Below are positions 21,101 through 30,449 of a DNA stretch of 64,000 bases, one piece after another (the first letter of the stretch is position 1; every line of letters begins with the position of its first letter). Location: positions 96,001 through 160,000 of the forward strand of contig JAVLKG010000009.1 of NCBI GenBank assembly GCA_032128875.1. The letters are read 5' to 3'. Under the pieces are notes generated by a model that worked only from the letters and a program-made list of their open reading frames with translations, did no database searches and was not told the origin of the DNA. Position numbers and translations under genes: made by a program. This DNA is from Candidatus Melainabacteria bacterium 17Bon1m (GTDB taxonomy: Bacteria > Cyanobacteriota > Vampirovibrionia > Obscuribacterales > Obscuribacteraceae).

Positions 21101-24100
21101 CGCAGGCACAACTCTAAACTTCACTGGGAATCTCTCGCTCATCACTCCTTCGGTGACGTTTAATGGTGCCACCTACACTGCTCAAAATCTTTCGATAGAC
21201 AGTCTGTCTGCAACTGGCAGTGATTTAGCTCTTTCAGGTGGAGCTGCCGCAACGCTAAACGCCAATTTGATCAATATCGGCGCGGTGGATACGCTCTCCT
21301 TCTCAGGCAACTTCCTTTATAACGGACAAACCATTTTGAGTGGTCAGTCTATCTCTGCTACCGGTTCAACTCAGACCATGCAAAACGGCAACACTGGTTA
21401 CATAGTGACGCCTAATCTTAATGGTGGCACTTTCAATGGAACTTGGGTCTCTACTGCAACACCACTCTCCGGCATTTCGGTAGTAAATAATCCAGGCTCA
21501 GTAGTAATGAGCGGAGACATAGTTATTGCAGGTAACTTCGCAATCGTCGCCTCTGGTAATGTCGACCTGACGGGTGCGAGTATCAATTTGAGCGGGCCTA
21601 CTGCTGGTAGCCTCTCGATATTCGCAGGCTACAACAGCAACATTGTGACCAATGGAACTCAAACTCCCACCGACCAAACGATCAATAACCTCACTGCAAG
21701 TACCGATGGTGGTTCTGTAATTGGTGGAGCAAACATCAATGTGAGCGGCACCGGTAGTGGTGGTCATGCCGGTAGTGTGACCGTAGTTGCTAGAAAGGGT
21801 TCGATAGATCTCGGTGACATCCTGGCGACTGGAGACTTAAATGACGGCTTTGTCAAATTGATAGGAGAGACAGGCGTCACCGTCGGTGACATAAATACCA
21901 CCGCTTCTGGAGGTCTCGGCGGCGGCGTCTCGATATCGGTAGGGCAGGCAGGTCTTGCCGGCGTTAGCATAACGAATGGTGCGTTGAGCGGCACTGTTTT
22001 TACAGCCATCGTTACTTCAGGGAATATCAAAACCGGCGCGATAACCGCGGGTATACGAAATTTGGTTCTAAATGGAGCGTTTGGTGCCAATGACAAAATC
22101 GAAGTCGAATCGCTGAACGCGCAATTTTTGGACGTTAATACCGTTGCCGGCAGCACCACTTTTGGTGTGTCAAACGTACAAAATGTTTCGGGCTCTGGTG
22201 GAGGAAGCTTCAAGCTCGTAAACACTGGTGACGTTGCATTTTCTGTGGCAAACAACTCCTGGGATGTTGATGTTACCAGCACAAACGGTGCTCTCAGTTT
22301 CAACAGCGTTTCATTCAATAGCTTGAAAGCGACGTCGTTTGGAGATATGTACTTCTACAATCCAAGCAGTACTCCAAGTGTGTCTACAAATGCTGACTTA
22401 ACTACTACGGGCTCAGGCAGTATATTTGGCGTGTTCAATGTTGGCGTCGGCGGAACGTTGAAGATGGTATCTGCAAATGACATTGGGGATTCCAATAATG
22501 AATTCACTACCGGTGCAGGGTCAATTGATGCTTACGCAGCAAACAATGCTTTTCTCAATGTGACAAATAGTGCAGTTAACTTTACTGGTGGTGGTGCAGG
22601 ATACTTATTCAGAATAGGTACAACTGCGACAGATGCCGTTTTGACCACGAGCTCCAGCGGAATCAACGCGCCAACAGTAGTTTTTCTGCCATCTGCTGCT
22701 GCGTCAATTGGAACCTCATCCAATTTCTTTAAGGTCAACAATAATGGTGCTGGTGTTAATGTTCAGCTAAGTGCACAAAATGGCAGTGCTGATGAAACTG
22801 ACGTGTTTGTTGAGTATTTGGGAAATTCGATTTTGAGCTATACAACTTCTGACGGAGGCAATACCAGTCTGCGCACGCCAGATGCGAACGCTCAGGTTTT
22901 ATTGAATGGCACAGTAACTGGTGTTGCTGGGAATCTAGACATTACGACAAATTATCTGACTATTGATACCAGAGTCCAAGCCGATGGAAATATTTCAATC
23001 CAAAGCAATGCAGGTTCAGGGCTCATCGTTGAGAGTTTGGCGCCAACCACGTCATTCAATTCGGACGGTACAATTGAAATCCGTGCCAATACAGGGACAT
23101 TGACTCTCACTGGTTCTCAAATTCGTTATTACTCTTCGGTTGATCTTTTTGGCGAGACAGTCCTAGTAGATTCAGTTCAGGTTGCACAGGCACCATCTCG
23201 CATATTTACGGGCAACCTGATCATAGGTGGAGGCGGCGCTCTCGTTACCTACAACGATCCACCACAACCCGGCGATACGTGGACTCTCATCAATGGTGGC
23301 ACATATGCAAATGGTACCGGCGATATCACTCTGACCGGACCGCTAAACTTTGGCGACCTTGCGATCATTGCTGCAGGCAACATCACAATAAATGGTGACA
23401 TTGATCTTTCAGGAAGTCAGGGCGGCGATTTGACCATGTTCGCTGGATACAATTTCACGCCAAGCCCTAGCACAACCACATTTGATCCACTCGGCACATA
23501 CACAGACTTTACGCCAAACGCCAATGGTGGCTCAATCACTGTAACCGGCAACATCAACACAACTGCCACCAATGGTAATGGTGGTAATGTGATTGCAGTC
23601 GCAAACAACGGCGCTATATCACTTCAAAATATTGACACCACCGCCACCGGTGGCACCGCAGGAAAAGTTCTCTTAATTGGTGGTACCGGTGTAACCCTTA
23701 ACAACGTAAACGCTGATGGTGCTTCTTCGACTACTATAGCCGTAGCGGACGCGCAGTTGTTTCCGCAAGGATCCACACCGTTCCAAATCCAAGGCGGGGT
23801 TGTTGTTGGTGACGTCGGAGTGGGAGCACTGCGCAATGGCACGATTAGCGTAAATGACGTGAACGTTGGTACGACTCAATATTCAAGCTTGAAATTTCAA
23901 ACAGCCGAGACTGGAACAGTAAATATTGGTGGTTCCATTACATCTAACCAAATTGAAATCCAAAGCGGCAATCTGACTGTTGCCGGTTCGCAACTGAGCA
24001 CAGCAGGAAGCGCTGGCTCCTTGCGTATAAATGTAAGTACGGCATCTCCGCTAGCGATGTCAGCTTTAGGGCTCGGTAATGACAACGGCGGGCAAATCGA

Positions 24101-26690
24101 CTTCACACTCAGATCTACCAACGCTGTTACCCTCGGGCTATCAGGACAATACACCTTTGATGTGAGTTCCCAAGGCACCGGAAATGGTGGCATTGTGCAA
24201 GGCACATTCGGAGGCGACGTGACATTGGCAGCTGGGTCAGTAGTAGCTAATGGTACCGGCGGCACTTCCGTCGGTATACAAAGTGATGGCAATATTACAG
24301 TCAATGCCGCCGCATTCAGTGTTAGAAATCAAAACGGAAATGGCTCTGGCATTGGATTGTCAGCCGGACGAGATGGTACTGGAGTACTGACGCTTAACGA
24401 CCTGGCCTTCTTCCAGGAAGCAAATGGAAACGGCACGGATTCAAACGGTGGATCTTTATCACTAGTAGGAAACGGCATTGTCACTCCAGGTATTGGAAAC
24501 TCTGTAAACAACCCGCTCGTTCTTACTGCGGCAGGAACAGGCAACGGTAACGGTGGGAGCGTTAGCTATGTCAACTCGTCTTCCACGCCCATATTTGTCG
24601 GCACACCCCCAAAAGCACCAAAGGGAAACTCGATCTTTATCGAAGTAGAGGCCTCTGCTGGTGATGCTGTTGGCAGTACTGGACGCGGTGGCTCTGCCAT
24701 CATACGTAGTGGCGGCAATTTGACTGTTAGCAACACTTCGCTCATAAATATTGCTCGCGGTGAGAACGGCACTATCGGTTCCAGCTATAACCTCGGTGCC
24801 GGTTTTGGAGATGGCAAGGGACAGCTCATAGTCAATGGAAGTCTTTCAACTAATGGAAACCAGGGCGATATCACTCTTGAGTCTGACAGCAAGACTGCAT
24901 TCGTGCTAAATGGTAGTAATGTCAAAAATGGCATCACGGGAACATTAGATGCTGGCAACGGAATCATCGAAATTATCAACTCAAGCGGCGGCATAGTTGT
25001 CCAGACAAACAGCGCAATTGCTGCCGCCAACGTCTTGGAGCTGACTTCCCTCGGCACGAAGGGCAAGATCACAGCCGCAAGTGATGTAACTCTTGATGTA
25101 CGTGAGATTCATTTCGAAACTCTCGGAGGGGCGATCGGCAGTAAGAATTCACCGATCAATGTCGAATCAGATTTTGTTAGAGCAATAACCGCTGGAAAGG
25201 GTTCTGTTTTCATAAACAACCTTAACCTCGGAGACTCTGGTTTCTTCGGGCGGTCCGGTGGCTCTCTGACGCTGACCACTGCCGGTTCTGTCGAGCTAGA
25301 CGGATTTACAACACAGAAAGGAAACATTCTGGTTGTGACTAACGGAAGCACGTTGTCTGTTTCGAACGACTCAGAAATTACGGCAAACAATGGTTCATTA
25401 ACCTTGCAGAATGCAAATGTCGCTGGACAGATTCAAATTGGAGACGGTGCTACGGTTGAAACGCAGCAGAAGGGGGGTAATACCATTCTTGCAGTTGGTG
25501 CGGTTCCAAAGCGAGGAACAAATCCAGTCTCAGCCGACGGCATTTACAACAATATAAATGTAAATGTAGAAGGTAAGAAAGGCATCGCATATTTCGGAGG
25601 TCCGCCGAATGCAGTCGTTGCAACCACGACGGCGAACGTCAATGCGATAAACAAAAGCGTCATATTCTCAGGACCTTCTGGTTCGATCGTCCTTGGCGAT
25701 GGCGCGACAGTCACGGCCGATCCACCCGTCAAGGCAAGTGCCCCTTTGGTGCAATCCTCATTCTCACTCGAGAACTCGTCCATCACTTCGGACCTTTCGG
25801 TTCTATCTATGAGTCCAACGAATCAGGCTCAAGCAGCCAGTAACGAAACTCTCATGACTGCAAGCAGTCAGAATGTGGTCAACACTAGGGATTCGCAACT
25901 TACGTCTCTCGGCTCATTGTCGAATGAATTGGTCACACACAATGCGGCCATCCAGAATGCCAGTCAGCTCGCTTACAATGCGTCGTTACAAACTCCGAAT
26001 CAAATCGCAACCAATAGCGCCTCGCTACCTTTTGTCGATGACGACGATTCATATATTGTTGGTAGCATGGGACGCGGGGGTATGACAGAGGCAGCAATTT
26101 GCAGCGATAGCGAATTTGTCGGTAAGCAACTTGGACTCATGTCTGGTGTGAAAACGATCGGACACAGCGAGCGTGTTGAACTGAAGAGAGGCGTTGTTCT
26201 GTTCGTTCCCTCGAAGGCAACAGCGGTTGAGACACCCAACGGAATCGTGCACATAAGCGCGAATTCTGTAACACTTGTATCGACTTCAGAAGCTGGTTTG
26301 TCCGTATACGATTTGGACGATCAGCATAAAGGATCTGTACGCGTTGAATCGAATGGTCACAACGTAGTTCTTTCGCCAGGGCGACACGTAATGATCACCA
26401 AGCATCACACTGCTGAGTTCGCTCAAATAAATGCTGTCGAAACCATCTCGCACCGTAATGTTCAAAGCACAATTAAGAATGGACATAGAGCCCATACATC
26501 TGAGTTCTCTGTACTTTCGGCGATGGATTCGGTTTCTCCCTTGAAAGCACTTGCTTCGTCGAAGCATGCGGATGCGAAGCATGTCACTGATCGCATGATT
26601 AAGACAACCGCAATCATGTTGCATCTCGGTGGAAGTGGTGGGCAGTATCAGCACTACTTCAAACCACGCCTGACCGCTTACGGACAGTAA
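18168..26690 (+). CDS. Giant (2841 aa) exported hemagglutinin/adhesin-like beta-repeat protein
   Basis: Signal peptide-like N-terminus ending AALA; G/N/T/S-rich beta-helix-like composition; AGGAG RBS before ATG 18168; globular C-terminal domain. Confidence 0.8.
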   Translation: MQTNNDSKLWNRRSIFGRVYVSLTVPMLLASNLTTAALANDGKGAAWQQFRLDNPDLRGKELNSAFKDHWQDVRDVHGNDGANAASQNAVNQAINNAASNVAAGAASHLNVHDFATKAEFKAYKESLKQQNIAHQINQSIQQIDGQQVLKVNGGFNLDLTSAVETITLGNNLFKEQSSVNINVGGESKTVQAGSKVTAAEYVAAKQALVAGGQTVTLDGDGRATGGSVDLSALTSGNGKMKVDDLVVPVSVVASGDFGRGGDVRIKGDLINSGSINAFSSSGNVNAIIRADNITNNIGADITSTASDLTLQADKALKNFGTINATGNLTLSAEKSLTNSGTVSAAGNLNIQAANVTNTGTLASTDANVNFGTTGADNLLVNNYGGTIAALNGAINLRDAAYEGLKDTTVVGGDLLSQEVNVYTGGGTANVYVNELTGVVNSSGSAAHVSANTDTLTIGEQCLTGDPTYFNTGNISIAGNIIVGEDLAIIAGRNIIQTAANLTIRAVDSNGDGRDIIIVAGANVTGTGSQYPGAATTASFSGGSAQGGQVLLSQGGLVDASGNVPGSKAGNITIAAYSDGISNDPGKIIMSNWDIKANGNGTAAGDTNGNISLISGSIDLATISVRNLQNTGGTGSGTISLVSAAPTFDVGSAMTFGANGNVTSGNKLVAGTVGNGVGVIQVSDIDSSGDVFVLSNGAVQAGSIKATNSSTVTLRANTLNNTVSVGLIDVSSNQAGVDAGSVVINAARVNVNIINLSGAGGRSAGTLVAELNSANTVTLNGSMGVNYIGQILSNPGSGDGAIVDVTNNGTGGIRVANVIVLAAGVSRTTGSLKLTAPNGNLDLSAYTNGINVSGSALNGGNAGDVSLIYDSLTVNPAVAFAVSANAGFNGTAGTINIERTGTGTVSIGTTAGNFNLSATGSGGTINASAGGLLTATGSALSADNINLESGTGGVFGMNLAGAFTGKNMSLRSPNSIFNTAGTTLNFTGNLSLITPSVTFNGATYTAQNLSIDSLSATGSDLALSGGAAATLNANLINIGAVDTLSFSGNFLYNGQTILSGQSISATGSTQTMQNGNTGYIVTPNLNGGTFNGTWVSTATPLSGISVVNNPGSVVMSGDIVIAGNFAIVASGNVDLTGASINLSGPTAGSLSIFAGYNSNIVTNGTQTPTDQTINNLTASTDGGSVIGGANINVSGTGSGGHAGSVTVVARKGSIDLGDILATGDLNDGFVKLIGETGVTVGDINTTASGGLGGGVSISVGQAGLAGVSITNGALSGTVFTAIVTSGNIKTGAITAGIRNLVLNGAFGANDKIEVESLNAQFLDVNTVAGSTTFGVSNVQNVSGSGGGSFKLVNTGDVAFSVANNSWDVDVTSTNGALSFNSVSFNSLKATSFGDMYFYNPSSTPSVSTNADLTTTGSGSIFGVFNVGVGGTLKMVSANDIGDSNNEFTTGAGSIDAYAANNAFLNVTNSAVNFTGGGAGYLFRIGTTATDAVLTTSSSGINAPTVVFLPSAAASIGTSSNFFKVNNNGAGVNVQLSAQNGSADETDVFVEYLGNSILSYTTSDGGNTSLRTPDANAQVLLNGTVTGVAGNLDITTNYLTIDTRVQADGNISIQSNAGSGLIVESLAPTTSFNSDGTIEIRANTGTLTLTGSQIRYYSSVDLFGETVLVDSVQVAQAPSRIFTGNLIIGGGGALVTYNDPPQPGDTWTLINGGTYANGTGDITLTGPLNFGDLAIIAAGNITINGDIDLSGSQGGDLTMFAGYNFTPSPSTTTFDPLGTYTDFTPNANGGSITVTGNINTTATNGNGGNVIAVANNGAISLQNIDTTATGGTAGKVLLIGGTGVTLNNVNADGASSTTIAVADAQLFPQGSTPFQIQGGVVVGDVGVGALRNGTISVNDVNVGTTQYSSLKFQTAETGTVNIGGSITSNQIEIQSGNLTVAGSQLSTAGSAGSLRINVSTASPLAMSALGLGNDNGGQIDFTLRSTNAVTLGLSGQYTFDVSSQGTGNGGIVQGTFGGDVTLAAGSVVANGTGGTSVGIQSDGNITVNAAAFSVRNQNGNGSGIGLSAGRDGTGVLTLNDLAFFQEANGNGTDSNGGSLSLVGNGIVTPGIGNSVNNPLVLTAAGTGNGNGGSVSYVNSSSTPIFVGTPPKAPKGNSIFIEVEASAGDAVGSTGRGGSAIIRSGGNLTVSNTSLINIARGENGTIGSSYNLGAGFGDGKGQLIVNGSLSTNGNQGDITLESDSKTAFVLNGSNVKNGITGTLDAGNGIIEIINSSGGIVVQTNSAIAAANVLELTSLGTKGKITAASDVTLDVREIHFETLGGAIGSKNSPINVESDFVRAITAGKGSVFINNLNLGDSGFFGRSGGSLTLTTAGSVELDGFTTQKGNILVVTNGSTLSVSNDSEITANNGSLTLQNANVAGQIQIGDGATVETQQKGGNTILAVGAVPKRGTNPVSADGIYNNINVNVEGKKGIAYFGGPPNAVVATTTANVNAINKSVIFSGPSGSIVLGDGATVTADPPVKASAPLVQSSFSLENSSITSDLSVLSMSPTNQAQAASNETLMTASSQNVVNTRDSQLTSLGSLSNELVTHNAAIQNASQLAYNASLQTPNQIATNSASLPFVDDDDSYIVGSMGRGGMTEAAICSDSEFVGKQLGLMSGVKTIGHSERVELKRGVVLFVPSKATAVETPNGIVHISANSVTLVSTSEAGLSVYDLDDQHKGSVRVESNGHNVVLSPGRHVMITKHHTAEFAQINAVETISHRNVQSTIKNGHRAHTSEFSVLSAMDSVSPLKALASSKHADAKHVTDRMIKTTAIMLHLGGSGGQYQHYFKPRLTAYGQ

Positions 26691-26705
26691 TTTTCAATCT
26701 CTGCT

Positions 26706-26735
26706 GTAGGAGCGCGTGCAACGCGCCCCCACGAT
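26706..26735. repeat. REP-like palindrome
   Basis: gtaggagcgcgtgcaacgcgcccccacgat. Confidence 0.7.
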
Positions 26736-26738
26736 AAA

Positions 26739-26921
26739 CTATTTGCTTCTGCGAACAGCAAGTCTTCTTTTGTTCGGTACAACAAGATCGCCGAGCATTC
26801 TTGCTGCGAAATAGGCCGCAATTGCACCGGGGTTGCGTTTGACTTTCTGCTTCATCAGTTTGACGCTCGCTTGAGCCGTCTGAGTAATGATGTAATAAAT
26901 AACTTTGCCTTTAAATCTCAT
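26739..26921 (-). CDS. Small basic hypothetical protein (60 aa)
   Basis: ATG preceded closely by AGGGA; fills an otherwise empty gap; no family recognised. Confidence 0.4.
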   Translation of the reverse strand: MRFKGKVIYYIITQTAQASVKLMKQKVKRNPGAIAAYFAARMLGDLVVPNKRRLAVRRSK

Positions 26922-27187
26922 GATTCCCTGATTCCGTAGTTCCTAAAGTTGTCGCCACCAAGCGGACTCCCCTTGCGAGCCCTATAATTGGGCGCATACC
27001 GCGCCACTCCTTTCTTTCGCACCTGGAAAGACTTAGAACTGTCTTTCCGGTTCCTTTCCAAGCTGGTTCAGCCAACAGGTTTTACAGAAGTGCAGTGCAA
27101 AGCTAACAACAATGACTATTTGAAAAAGCCGTTACCTTCCCCAACTTTCGGGAACTTCCAATGAGAGCAAAGGTCCTTACAACAGCC

Positions 27188-27952
27188 CTATACTTTCGCC
27201 ATTCCGGCGGCTCGCCAGAGATACCATGATGCCACTGATCGGTAGGGCTGCCATTTTTCGCCAAATTCTAGCAGCGCTTTTGGTGTTGGCAGATCTGCAG
27301 TTTTATACGTATATGCAAAACCTTTGCGCACACCGTAATCGGTTGAAGGCAAGATATTCAACCGTCCTAATTTGAAAATCAAAAGCATCTCGACTGTCCA
27401 AGGACCGATGCCACGAATGGCGCTGAGTCGTTTAATCAGCTCTTCATCGCTGAGTTGATGCATTTCTTCCAGCGATGGGACTTGACCCTCCATCATCTTT
27501 AGAGACAGATCTTTTATGGCTGCTGTTTTAGCGCGCGATAAACCCGCTGAACGGAGCAGCTCGTCTGACACTTCCAAAAATCGATGGGGTTCTGGGTAGG
27601 TGACAGCGCCGACAAGTGGAGCCGCCGCAATCTTCACTTCTTTAATTTCCTTCTTTGGTCTGTTTCTCGGCAAAGCCTTTTTTACTTCTTTTGCGGCAGC
27701 CTCTTTCAAGCCGTCGTCTAAGAATAAATTTTTGACGCGCTGCGCAATGGTGGCAGCGGCTTTGCCCGTCAACTGCTGATAGATAATTGCCTCGGCGAGC
27801 GATGCAAATGGACTATGCATTTCGTCGAGTTTGAGTGCGCAAGGCCCAACTTGATCGATTATCTTGCCTAATTTCTTGTCGCGCTTTTGAATGTGCTCGG
27901 TGGCAACTATCAGTTCTTCTTCAAAAGGCGTGAGCTTTTTCTTTGGTGCCAT
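27188..27952 (-). CDS. alkA: DNA-3-methyladenine glycosylase II (AlkA family, HhH-GPD)
   Basis: AIIYQQLTGKAA, AGLSRAK, IRGIGPWTVEMLLIF, DYGVRKG, WQPYRSVASWYLW. Confidence 0.9.
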   Translation of the reverse strand: MAPKKKLTPFEEELIVATEHIQKRDKKLGKIIDQVGPCALKLDEMHSPFASLAEAIIYQQLTGKAAATIAQRVKNLFLDDGLKEAAAKEVKKALPRNRPKKEIKEVKIAAAPLVGAVTYPEPHRFLEVSDELLRSAGLSRAKTAAIKDLSLKMMEGQVPSLEEMHQLSDEELIKRLSAIRGIGPWTVEMLLIFKLGRLNILPSTDYGVRKGFAYTYKTADLPTPKALLEFGEKWQPYRSVASWYLWRAAGMAKV

Positions 27953-27960
27953 GTCGCTTC

Positions 27961-28312
27961 CGGTCTACCTGTCGTTCTTCGCGTGCCAACTGTTTGCACT
28001 GTCAGCTGTTTTCCGAAATCATACGACGGTTTGAAACAGCGGTGTGCCACCCAGTGTAAGTCGGACATTCGAGAAGTCTTGAGTGTTTCCTTGTAGATGC
28101 TTGCACATGCGCCTGGTAATCATGACGACTTCAAGCGGCGGTTCTGTTTTCTTTGCGGAGGGAAACATCTTCATGATGCGGGTCTCTGTCGGCCCGGCAT
28201 CAGAGTCAGGAAGGAGGTGTCCACAAATGCCATTCTTTGTCCACGCAATCGCGGCCAAGCCTAGATCGGTGTCGAATAAGTGGTAGTGAATCTCTTCGGA
28301 GAAGTCTGTCAT
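27961..28312 (-). pseudogene. ogt: Truncated methylated-DNA-protein-cysteine methyltransferase (ogt-like)
   Basis: N-terminal Ogt-like domain (LFDTDLGLAAIAWT...HLQG...TPLFQTVV) ends in TGA at 28019; no PCHR motif in any frame before alkA. Confidence 0.7.
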
Positions 28313-28331
28313 TGCATAACCTCCGGTAAGG

Positions 28332-29660
28332 TCAGGCGCTCATGTCGTGCGTGTCTGCGTCGTACAACAACCAACCTTTGCGATTGCTGAATGTCTGCCA
28401 ATCGTAGGCAGTTGTATAAGTCATTCGCTTATTGGTTTTTCTTCGGTAAGCTTCGGTTGCAATTCTGGTCAAGGCGATAAACTCGACGTCCTTTGGCATT
28501 TCCTTTGGATTTTTGAGGACATCGTCGTAAGGCTCTTTGCCATTGGCGATCGCGCAGCAGCGCACACCGAGGAACCAGTCTTTCGAGAAATGGCTTTTGT
28601 TGCCATCAAAGGCTTCCTCTCCGATTTCTCTTGCATATGGTTCGCCATCGAGCGCGAAAAGTTTTTCAGAAAGAATATCTTGGAATTGCATAACGTCTTG
28701 TGTCGACATCGAGGCTAGCTCCTCGACTGCGGGTTCGATGACTTTCTCATCGTCACCTAATTGATCCCAGTCGAGCAATCCAATTATTTCCCAGAATTTG
28801 TTTTCATCCAGCGTTTGACTCGGCGCCGAAAAGTCTAGTATCGGGAAGTCTTCGGAGAGCTTGCGAATTGTCTCCGCATCTTCTTTCACATCGAGTGACC
28901 CGAAGAGTTCTTCGTCGCTCATGTCTTCCATGCTCTTAGGCGGCAACCATTTGATGCGACAACCTGGAAGTTTTCCTTTGAGTGAATCGACGCCCTCTTT
29001 TGTAACCTTCGTGTTGAACAAATAGACACGAATCAAAGACTTGAGCTGTTCGAGCGCGTGCAAACCACCGTCGGAGATTTTCGTTCCGGACAGTCCAAGT
29101 TGCACCAAATCCGGAGGCAATGTCAGACCAGCTAGACCATTGTCATCAATGTCTGTAGAACTCAACCAGAGCTCTCGCAGGTTTTTCAGTTTGGAAAGTA
29201 TCTGCAGACCGTCGTCACTGATGCGGCTGTGGCTGAGACCAAGCGATGTCAGATTGGAGAGAAGCGCGATGTGAGTCATCCCACGATCGCTTACATCTGT
29301 GGACGTCAATTCTAAAACTCTCAAGCCTGAAAGCTTTTCAACATGGAGCAAGCTGAGGTCGGAGAGGTCAGAGTGAGAAAGGTCAAGGGTATGGAAATCG
29401 TCCGGACGCATCTCGGCTATGGGAGCCAGCGAAGAGCCTCTCGGGCTGACCTTGAGCTTCAACTTTGTGTCCGCCGGGATTTTGACGGCGCCGCGAGCCT
29501 CATCCAACACTTCCCACTTGATGGGGTTGTTTTCCGGTGAGACTACAAGCCCGCGAACCACGGTCAGAAGCTCCCACTCCTCTGGCTGGCTTTTCGGTGC
29601 GACGAAAAGCGTTCCAATAGAGCGGCGATGGGGGAAGCGAATTATGCGTTCTTCTGTCAT
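28332..29660 (-). CDS. Leucine-rich repeat protein fused to a C-terminal DUF4240-like domain
   Basis: L..L.L..T.ISD.GL repeats; LDENKFWEII...FSKDWFLGVRCCAIANGKE.Y..VLKNP. Confidence 0.8.
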   Translation of the reverse strand: MTEERIIRFPHRRSIGTLFVAPKSQPEEWELLTVVRGLVVSPENNPIKWEVLDEARGAVKIPADTKLKLKVSPRGSSLAPIAEMRPDDFHTLDLSHSDLSDLSLLHVEKLSGLRVLELTSTDVSDRGMTHIALLSNLTSLGLSHSRISDDGLQILSKLKNLRELWLSSTDIDDNGLAGLTLPPDLVQLGLSGTKISDGGLHALEQLKSLIRVYLFNTKVTKEGVDSLKGKLPGCRIKWLPPKSMEDMSDEELFGSLDVKEDAETIRKLSEDFPILDFSAPSQTLDENKFWEIIGLLDWDQLGDDEKVIEPAVEELASMSTQDVMQFQDILSEKLFALDGEPYAREIGEEAFDGNKSHFSKDWFLGVRCCAIANGKEPYDDVLKNPKEMPKDVEFIALTRIATEAYRRKTNKRMTYTTAYDWQTFSNRKGWLLYDADTHDMSA

Positions 29661-29898
29661 TGATAAATTATCCGATATGTTGGCGCAAAAAACTTTGCAA
29701 GAAGAATGTGTTTCTCAAAATTCTGTTTCAAAGTAGGTTTTGCCGCCCACGGGCTTGCACTTGAATTCATCAGCTCTTAGTAAATGTCGTCTAAGAAAAG
29801 AGCCAAGTGCTATGCTACCTCTCTAGTGCGCAACATTCTATTACTGCGCAGGCGACTTGTGGCATAGCCACCGCCGGCCAGAGAAAGGGAGACTTCAG

Positions 29899-30360
29899 AT
29901 GGATGAGATTGACGCCCAAGGAAGGCAGTTGCTGATCGACCGCCCTTTGTTGACGCGTGGACGGCTAAGCGTCTATCGCGAGTCTGAAGGGGCTGATCAC
30001 TGGTTTCCCCGGCTCAACGTCACTCTAAAGCGTTCAGGGACGGACGATGTGCTTTGGCAATGGACTACGCACACCTTACCGATCGACTACGAAGAGCCAC
30101 CGCCGTACGGTGATGAGGTTCTTCTCGAGAAGTATTTTGAATTGAGCGCGCCAATCCGCTCACCCCGCGGGCTGGAAGCCGTTTTCTCGCTTGGACCCGG
30201 TGAGTCGAAGCGCGGCTCTGTAACCCAATTTTCAGCGGCCCTTTATCTTTATCCGAATTCTTTCGAAGATAGAGGCGTGCAGGTTGGTGTGCTTGATTTC
30301 ACGCAAGGGCTGACCACAGGCGGCGTTCCGCTGTTCTTCCGCGTCAATTTTCCCTGGTAA
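29899..30360 (+). CDS. Hypothetical protein
   Basis: ORF with AGGGAG RBS before ATG 29899; no family recognised. Confidence 0.65.
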   Translation: MDEIDAQGRQLLIDRPLLTRGRLSVYRESEGADHWFPRLNVTLKRSGTDDVLWQWTTHTLPIDYEEPPPYGDEVLLEKYFELSAPIRSPRGLEAVFSLGPGESKRGSVTQFSAALYLYPNSFEDRGVQVGVLDFTQGLTTGGVPLFFRVNFPW

Positions 30361-30367
30361 CCTTGAC

Positions 30368-30411
30368 GGGCGATTCAATATCGCCCTGGCGACGCGCGGC
30401 GTCAGCCCTAC
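30368..30411. repeat. Two REP-like palindromes
   Basis: gggcgattcaatatcgccc and ggcgacgcgcggcgtcagccctac. Confidence 0.6.
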
Positions 30412-30449
30412 GCAGAGGGTGGTTTAGAGTGCTGTCATGTTTAGTAAAT

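Noticed and set aside
18258-26654. Numerous antisense ORFs inside the giant gene
   Set aside because: Expected shadow ORFs from biased codon usage; no recognisable motifs.
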